From NCBI GenBank assembly GCA_013389125.1, contig JACADX010000113.1:1-32512 (forward strand): 32,512 nucleotides of DNA. The letters are read 5' to 3'. Below, piece by piece: positions 26,825 through 32,512 of this stretch (position 1 is its first letter; the number at the start of each line of letters is the position of its first letter). The translations under genes and the position numbers were made by a program. Below the pieces are notes generated by a model. The model saw only the letters and a list, made by a program, of their open reading frames with translations, did no database searches and had not been told where the DNA came from. Origin of the DNA: Parvularculaceae bacterium. GTDB lineage: Bacteria > Pseudomonadota > Alphaproteobacteria > Caulobacterales > Parvularculaceae.

Positions 26825-27682
26825 ATGCCTGATCGCGCCGCTAATGAAATCGCATCGGCGGTCCTAGCCGAGTTCGCCGACGCGCTTGAGGGCGCGGCGG
26901 CAAGACCGGTCATTATCGGCCTTGCCGGCGCTCAAGGCTCCGGCAAGTCGACGGTCGCGCGCCGTCTTGTCCAGCAATTGCGGGAGAAAGGCCGCCGGTC
27001 GGCGGCGTTGTCGATCGACGACTTTTATCACAGCCGGTCGGAGCGTCGGCGCATCGCAGCGACGCTGCATCCGCTGTTTGTGACGCGCGGCGCGCCGGGG
27101 ACGCACGACGCTGCGCTCGCGCTCTCCGTGCTAGACGCTGTTCGCAAGGGAGACGCGACGCCCGCGCCCGCCTTCGACAAGGCGAGGGACGAGCCGCTTC
27201 CCAGCAATCAATGGCCGATCATTCCGGCGTCGCTCGACGTGCTCGTCTTCGAGGGCTGGTGCCTCGGAGCGCGCCCCGAGGCGCCGGAGGCGCTTCGCAC
27301 GCCAATCAACATGCTGGAGCGGGCCTTCGACGCCGACGGCAAATGGCGGCGCGCGGTCAACGACGCCCTCGCCGGCGCCTATCAGGACCTCTTCGCCGCC
27401 ATCGACGCGCTCGTCTTTCTCCGCGCGCCGTCGTTCGAGATCGTTCGCCGCTGGCGAACGGAACAGGAGCGCGCGCTTGCCTCCTCGCCGCATGCAAGAC
27501 CTTCGCCCGGGCTCATGACAGCCGAGGAGATCTCATTCTTCATCCAGCATTTCGAGCGCATCACAGTGTGGATGATGAAGGACCTTCCGCAACGCGCGGA
27601 TCAGACGCTTTATCTCAATGAAAGGCGCCGGATCGTTCAGACGGCGGCGCGCTCGCGCCAGCCGGTTGAAGTACATTGCTGA
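26825..27682 (+). CDS. P-loop kinase, D-glycerate 3-kinase (GLYK)-like
   Basis: GAQGSGKST, SIDDFY, RGAPGTHD, FDKARD, FEGWC, WRTEQE, FIQHFERIT. Confidence 0.82.
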   Translation: MPDRAANEIASAVLAEFADALEGAAARPVIIGLAGAQGSGKSTVARRLVQQLREKGRRSAALSIDDFYHSRSERRRIAATLHPLFVTRGAPGTHDAALALSVLDAVRKGDATPAPAFDKARDEPLPSNQWPIIPASLDVLVFEGWCLGARPEAPEALRTPINMLERAFDADGKWRRAVNDALAGAYQDLFAAIDALVFLRAPSFEIVRRWRTEQERALASSPHARPSPGLMTAEEISFFIQHFERITVWMMKDLPQRADQTLYLNERRRIVQTAARSRQPVEVHC

Positions 27683-28781
27683 TCCATTCAAGCGCCAGCG
27701 CGTCAGCCTGCGCAATATCGCCCGCCTCGAGCGCGCCGAGCGCTTGCGGCTCGACGCGGCTGATGCTTTCGCGGATCATGTCCCGAAAGGACGGGTCACG
27801 CTTGGCTTTGATCTGCGCGTCAAGTCCGCTTTCGTACAGTCCCTTGGCGGAAATAGCGGCCGAGGGCGCTAAAAAGTCGACAGGCTTGAACAACGAAATG
27901 CAGGGCTGGATCGAGCCGGTGAACGCCGCCCGAGGCGGCGCGCCCAATTGAAGCTTCACAATCATCGAGCCTGTCGAGGCATGCGGTCGGAGGAGCCCGC
28001 ACGCATGCATGCAGATATCGCGGTTCGAACCGCCCGTAAATCCGTCGCCCGCCGAATGGCGGCGGAGCATGCCGGCGAGCGCTGCAAGCGTCATTGCGCC
28101 TGGCGCCGCGGCCGCAGCCGCCATTGACGTCGCGCGCCGGTCGGCGGCGCAGGCAAGTCTTGGCATCGCGAAAGCTTCATGGCGCGCCTTGAAGTCGCCG
28201 GCCGCGCCTTTCGAAGCGCGGTCATGGTCCGCGCGAATGGTGTACGTATTCGAGATCGACCACGCGTCATCGACGCGTTTCATCGCCCAGTCGCGCCCGG
28301 CGGTCTCAAGGACAATGATCGTATCCGGATCAGCGATAAGGAAACTGTTGTCGTAACGAAAGCGCTTGTCGCGATAGCCGGCGGGACCGCCTTGTCCGTA
28401 TTTCTCCAGCAAATCCGCAATGGTGCGCGCCGCTTCCGGCGCCGTCGCCGCGCGTTCGAGCGCGAGGCGAACGAGATCCATGCCGAGCAGCGCCTCGCCG
28501 CCTCTCAGCACGCTTCTCGAAAACACCGCCTCGTTCCCGACGGCGACGCCGGCGTCGTTGACCCCCATTTCGGCGCCCCACATCCATTGCGGCCTCGAGA
28601 TGACGGCGGCGCGCCTGTCGGGGACCTGATCGACATCGATATAGGTGCACTTGACGCGCGCGCGGCGATCGCCGCGAACCGCAGGAATAAGTTCGACGCG
28701 CTGAACCTCAGCCGGCTCGCGATCGGAATTCTTTGCAAACCATACGGCGCCCGCGCGCTTCAAAGCGAACGTATCGCACAT
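27615..28781 (-). CDS. Peptidase C69 / secernin-like Ntn-hydrolase
   Basis: N-terminal MCDT nucleophile, FAKNSDR-P-E-Q, ISRP-WMWGAEMGVND-GVAVGNEAV, LLGMDLVRLALER, YDNSFLIAD, ICMH. Confidence 0.9.
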   Translation of the reverse strand: MCDTFALKRAGAVWFAKNSDREPAEVQRVELIPAVRGDRRARVKCTYIDVDQVPDRRAAVISRPQWMWGAEMGVNDAGVAVGNEAVFSRSVLRGGEALLGMDLVRLALERAATAPEAARTIADLLEKYGQGGPAGYRDKRFRYDNSFLIADPDTIIVLETAGRDWAMKRVDDAWSISNTYTIRADHDRASKGAAGDFKARHEAFAMPRLACAADRRATSMAAAAAAPGAMTLAALAGMLRRHSAGDGFTGGSNRDICMHACGLLRPHASTGSMIVKLQLGAPPRAAFTGSIQPCISLFKPVDFLAPSAAISAKGLYESGLDAQIKAKRDPSFRDMIRESISRVEPQALGALEAGDIAQADALALEWISNVLQPAGASAPPSERSGAFH

Positions 28782-28784
28782 GCG

Positions 28785-30482
28785 TTATCCGGCCTCCGCG
28801 ATGCGCAGCCGCGCCAGCATCCGGAAGAGGCGCTCATTGCGCGCCGCCGCCTGCGCGAAATCCCGCTCAATGCGGCGCCCCTTCGCGCGCATCATGCCGA
28901 CAACCGCTTCCTTTTCGGCGCCGCTCCACGCGCCGATGTCCGGCGCGAGCGACACGATCGGCGCAAGCGCCGTGAACGCCCGCCGTTCCTCAGGCGTGAG
29001 ACTGTCAATGACGACCCCGAGCTTTTCCGCGACGCCTCGGGCAAGAGCCTTTGCCGCGGACTTGCGGTCGGCGCCGGCCGACGCCAGCGCCCGCGACGTG
29101 CAAGCGCTGACCGTCGCGAGCTGCGCTTCCGGGAAGGCGTCGCGCGCGTCAAACCCCGGCAGATCGAGAACAAGATCGCCCTGCGCAAGCGCCTTCAATG
29201 TCGCTTTGTCGCTCCGCTCCGCGTTCGGCTTTGCGAGCCGCGCCGCTTCGCGCGCCGCGCGTTTCCGGCGCGCCGCGGCGTCTGGGCGAAATCCCAGACG
29301 ATAATAGAACCAATAGGCGCCGCTCGCGATCGCTTCCGTGTTGCCCTCGCCGAATTGGTAGCCGTTGACGATGAATCGCTTGACGCCGTAGATCGTCGCA
29401 AAAGCCCGCAGCATTTCGACCCACAGATACGACGCTTCGCCGCCGCGAAACGGGTCAAAGATATTGATGCCGGTGTTCGCCTGCCGGTAAAGCGGCGTCA
29501 CGCCCCCATAGCCGATGGGAACGCCGTTCGAGATCAGGATATAGCCGGTGTTAGTTTCAAGGCTGAGCCTCGAGCTCGGCGCGACGCCGATCACCGCGAG
29601 CGCGACCCCCTCGCCAAGATCGCACCAGTAAACCTCGTCGGGGTTCGGATTTGAGATCGCGACAACCTCGCGGCAGCGCGCCGACAGGGCGGCTCGCGCG
29701 ACGTCGATGACCTCCTTCGCTCGCCGGCGGCCGAGCCTCACAATGCCGGAAAGCGGCTCTGCGATGCGCCGCGCCGGATCGGGCGGAGGCCGACGCAGCG
29801 ATTTCCGCAAGACGACCGGCGCCTTCGGAAGGATGTTCCGGGTCGTCGACCATTTAGAAGCCTGAAGACGCCATGCGATCGGCGGCTCCGCCATCGACCA
29901 GAGTTCGTCCGCTTGCGCCCCGGTCAGCGCCGCGGCGGATTCGTCCATGATCCATTGAAGGTCCGACCGCTTGTCCTTAGGGCGCGCCAGCGCCGTCCAG
30001 CCGCGCGCATCGTAATCGCCGCTTTCGAAAGCGTCGATCTCGGCGCGCCGCGCAATTGCGCGCAACACGGCGTCGAACGCAGGCGATTCCTCAAAACGCC
30101 GCCAGTCGATCTCGGCCTCGCCGCGCGCTCGCGCCGCGATCCACTTCGCGATAGCATAGGGGAAGACATGTCTCGACGCGGAGCCGGCGACGCCCGAATC
30201 GTCGAGCCTCGCCCGCGCCGCCTTCGGCAGGAGCCGGACCCAGACTTGAGTTTTGGCGAGTGCGGCGCGCGCGGCGCGCAAGGATTTGAGGTCGCCCGGA
30301 AAAGCGGCGATGAACAGCAGATCTTCGTGAAGGCGCATCAACGCCGCGGCGGTCCGCGGCGGCGCTTTTTCCGCGGCGGCGATAAGAGCCAGTTTTTTTT
30401 CCTCCGCGTCCTGATCGTACGCGTTTCGGACGCGCCGAAGCGACGGGCGTCTTGTCGAACTGGCGTTTGCGATTTTCGTCAT
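28785..30482 (-). CDS. Hypothetical protein (565 aa) with an internal GNAT-like segment
   Basis: Long ORF ending 3 nt before the C69 gene; residues ~313-400 read YILISNGVPIGYGG..INIFDPFRGGEA..VKRFIV..N-EA..WFYYRLGF; alternative ATG at 30512 overlaps the upstream stop. Confidence 0.8.
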   Translation of the reverse strand: MTKIANASSTRRPSLRRVRNAYDQDAEEKKLALIAAAEKAPPRTAAALMRLHEDLLFIAAFPGDLKSLRAARAALAKTQVWVRLLPKAARARLDDSGVAGSASRHVFPYAIAKWIAARARGEAEIDWRRFEESPAFDAVLRAIARRAEIDAFESGDYDARGWTALARPKDKRSDLQWIMDESAAALTGAQADELWSMAEPPIAWRLQASKWSTTRNILPKAPVVLRKSLRRPPPDPARRIAEPLSGIVRLGRRRAKEVIDVARAALSARCREVVAISNPNPDEVYWCDLGEGVALAVIGVAPSSRLSLETNTGYILISNGVPIGYGGVTPLYRQANTGINIFDPFRGGEASYLWVEMLRAFATIYGVKRFIVNGYQFGEGNTEAIASGAYWFYYRLGFRPDAAARRKRAAREAARLAKPNAERSDKATLKALAQGDLVLDLPGFDARDAFPEAQLATVSACTSRALASAGADRKSAAKALARGVAEKLGVVIDSLTPEERRAFTALAPIVSLAPDIGAWSGAEKEAVVGMMRAKGRRIERDFAQAAARNERLFRMLARLRIAEAG

Positions 30483-30501
30483 CCGGCGGCGCTCGCGCGA
30501 C

Positions 30502-30723
30502 CTATTCCTCATTTCGACTCGCTGCGTCGCGATCGCGAGGGCGGCGTCGCGCCAGCGGAAAGGGCGGCAGCCATGACTCGCGCCGAACCGTCCACAGTTC
30601 ATAGGACAGCGCCCCGTGAGGCTTGCGGCAATCGAGGCGGTGACATGATCCGACGCGGTAAAGTCGTCCCGTCGCCGACAGGCGCGCCGCGCCGCAAAGG
30701 CATCCGCCGGTTCGTTGGTCCAT
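30502..30723 (-). pseudogene. GFA/CENP-V family gene with an in-frame internal deletion
   Basis: MDQRTGGCLCG..RVGSCHRLDCRK-HGAL is fused directly to YELWTVRRESWLPPFP; the third CxxC is absent and CxC reads CHR; SD GGAGA. Confidence 0.75.
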
Positions 30724-30852
30724 GCCGCCATTCTCCAAAACGTCGCCTTGCCTAAACGTACCACCGAAATGCGCTGTTTGCGGCGGCCGCCGTCCGGGGG
30801 CGAGGCTTGGACGCAATAGGCGAAGGAATGGCGCGCAAGGCGCGCGAAGCCT

Positions 30853-30881
30853 GCGCACATAGCGGGATTCAAACCCCCGCG
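30853..30881 (-). repeat. Degenerate direct repeat of the tRNA-Ser 3' end (att-like scar)
   Basis: 23/29 ungapped identity to 30965-30993, counted by eye. Confidence 0.55.
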
Positions 30882-30897
30882 CGTCGGCGCGCGCCTT

Positions 30898-30924
30898 CAA
30901 AGGCGAGGGTTCGACCCGCCTTTG
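30898..30924 (-). terminator. Hairpin downstream of the tRNA, possible weak terminator
   Basis: CAAAGGCG/CGCCTTTG 8-bp stem, extendable with CGGCGCGC arms; only a short T run. Confidence 0.4.
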
Positions 30925-30962
30925 CGGCGCGCCGGGCCGTCATTCATATTGAGCGCAAGGAG

Positions 30963-31052
30963 TGGCGGACAGAGAGGGATTCGAACCCTCGAGACGGTTT
31001 CCCGTCTACACGCGTTCCAGGCGTGCGCCTTCGACCACTCGGCCACCTGTCC
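30963..31052 (-). tRNA. tRNA-Ser (anticodon GGA)
   Basis: 90-nt cloverleaf GGACAGG...CACGC-CT-GGA-AC-GCGTG, long variable arm, GGTTCGAATCC, encoded CCA. Confidence 0.98.
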
Positions 31053-31094
31053 GTTAACGATGGCGGGCCGAAACTCGCCCGCCGGGCGCGCCTC

Positions 31095-31122
31095 TCTATA
31101 CAGCCGGAAAGGGTCTTCGCAA
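31095..31122 (-). promoter_or_regulatory. Sigma70 promoter of tRNA-Ser
   Basis: Minus strand TTGCGA-N16-TATAGA followed by a GC-rich discriminator. Confidence 0.6.
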
Positions 31123-31209
31123 GCGACAGGAACCCAAGCAGAGGATTTGCGCGCCGGCGCGGCGTTCGATATTCTCGGCTGCGTATCGGGGCATCAAGGG
31201 TTCGACCGT

Positions 31210-31482
31210 ATGGCGGCGTTTCGCTTCATTTCGTGGATTCTTGTGGCGATCGCGATCGCCCTGCTCGGCGCGGACGCCGTATCGTCGATGGAAGCGGGCG
31301 AGCCGGTGATCCGGACATCGGCGGAAGTGCTCGCGCTTATCGGCGTCAATGGGCCGGCCGTCGCGGAGAATTCGCCGGGCGGCCTCGCAAAGGCGATCGG
31401 CACCGTTCTCAACCTGCCGCTCTGGGCGGTCGTCGGCCTCATCGGCGTCGTCATGACACTGATCTTCCGCCCGATGGAATAG
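31210..31482 (+). CDS. Small hypothetical membrane protein (90 aa)
   Basis: N-terminal TM ending GAD and C-terminal TM (VLNLPLWAVVGLIGVVMTLIFR); GC3-rich codons. Confidence 0.75.
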   Translation: MAAFRFISWILVAIAIALLGADAVSSMEAGEPVIRTSAEVLALIGVNGPAVAENSPGGLAKAIGTVLNLPLWAVVGLIGVVMTLIFRPME

Positions 31483-31499
31483 ACGAAAGACGCAGCCTC

Positions 31500-32512
31500 A
31501 TGAGACGTCGGATCGCAGTCGCCGCGGCGCCAGATCGTCGGGCGTAATCCTTGGATAGCGCCCGACGATCAGATCATTATTTCAGCGCGCCTTTTCGTGC
31601 AAAGCCGGTTTCCACACTCGCGCTCGGCGCGCTCGTCGTCGCGGGCGGCGCTTATGCGCTTGCGAAGTTGAACGCGATGGCGGGCGTCGGCGTCGGCTAC
31701 ATGACCAAGGTTGCGTGTTCGGAAATCTTCCTCGCGGGCCGCGATCCGCAAGTGGTTATTGACGCGGAATTCAACGACATTTCGCCGGTGCTCGACCGCG
31801 CGCGTCTGGAGATTGACGCCGAAAGGAAGTCCGTTTCAGGATCGGTTTTGGGGTTTGGACGGTCGAGGGCGGTCTATCGCAACGGTTATGGCTGCACCTT
31901 GGCGCGCGGCGGCGAGCCGGAACCCTTGCCGGCGCTTGAGCCGGGCGCCGATAAGCCGCTGGCGGACGCGCGCGCCGGAACGCCTGCGATGGGCGACGAT
32001 GTCGATTACGCCGCGATCGAGGCGGCGATCGACGCGGCGTTCGCCGACGCGCGCGCGGCGACGCGCGCGCTTCTCGTCGTCAAGGACGGCGCTGTCGTGG
32101 CGGAGCGCTACGCCGGCAGATTTTCCGCCGAGACGCCGCTCCTTTCCTGGTCGATGGCGAAAAGCGTCACCGCGACGATGGTCGGCGCGGCGGTCCATGA
32201 GGGACTTCTCGATATCGCCGCGCCGGCGCCGGTCGGCGAATGGGCCAACGACAAGGCGCGCGCCGCAATCACCTGGAACAACCTTTTGCAGATGCAGTCC
32301 GGTCTTCAGTTCAGCGAAGTCTATGAAGACCCCGGTTCCGACGTTTCAAAGATGCTGTTCCGCGCGCGCGACGCCGGCGTCGTCGCGGCGAAGAAAAAGC
32401 TCATCCGCGAGCCGGGGACCTATTGGGACTATTCGAGCGGCACAACCAACCTCATCCAGCGCACGCTGCGCGGGACGCTTGAGGCGAAAGGCGCCGCCTA
32501 TCACGCCTTCGC
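31500..32512 (+). CDS. Serine hydrolase, beta-lactamase class C/NylB-like; 5' end interrupted by a repeat element, 3' truncated by the window
   Basis: GY-TKVACS-IF-AGR, SWSMAKS (SxxK), LLQMQSGL, YSSGTTN; ATG 31500 is in frame but followed by TAA 31545, with in-frame TTG 31551. Confidence 0.85.
31530..31635. mobile_element. RIME/CIR-like non-autonomous palindromic element (copy 3) inserted in coding sequence
   Basis: 12-bp perfect stem GATCGTCGGGCG/CGCCCGACGATC, AT-rich linker, AGCGCGCC/GGCGCGCT stem enclosing GCAAAGCCGGTTTCCACAC; ends CCAG and CTCG (CTAG-like). Confidence 0.72.

Noticed and set aside
1-32512. CRISPR array, prophage, integrase or transposase genes
   Set aside because: No regularly spaced repeats or recognisable recombinase/phage motifs; recurrent GCGCGC runs reflect GC content

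Overview
GC-rich alphaproteobacterial chromosomal window; gene order and motifs resemble Caulobacterales/Parvularculales-type genomes, which is an inference. It is mostly housekeeping: partial threonine aldolase, thioesterase, hemH-terC, PiT transporter, a stand-alone Aas-type acyl-ACP synthetase, the rnd-lptCAB-rpoN-hpf-ptsN cluster (no kdsD), DUF1150, Thr/Ser dehydratase, ubiA, Tat-type msrB, a wHTH regulator/membrane protein pair, aldo-keto reductase, rluD-rpoH, ICL/PEP-mutase family enzyme, cupin/MAPEG/TonB-C/acyl-CoA dehydrogenase, a GLYK-like kinase, tRNA-Ser(GGA) and a truncated serine hydrolase. There is no CRISPR array, integrase or transposase. Points of most interest: (1) an operon downstream of tRNA-Ser made of an internally deleted GFA gene, a 565-aa unannotated protein with an embedded divergent GNAT-like core, and a secernin-like C69 Cys Ntn-hydrolase; (2) three degenerate RIME/CIR-like double-hairpin elements, one inserted in frame (102 bp, carrying a TAA) into the N-terminal coding region of the serine hydrolase; (3) twin 14-bp palindromic operators bracketing a sigma70 promoter upstream of the acyl-ACP synthetase; (4) three sigma32-like promoters; (5) a degenerate duplicate of the tRNA 3' end resembling an att scar. 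All calls come from reading the sequence by eye; no searches were run.
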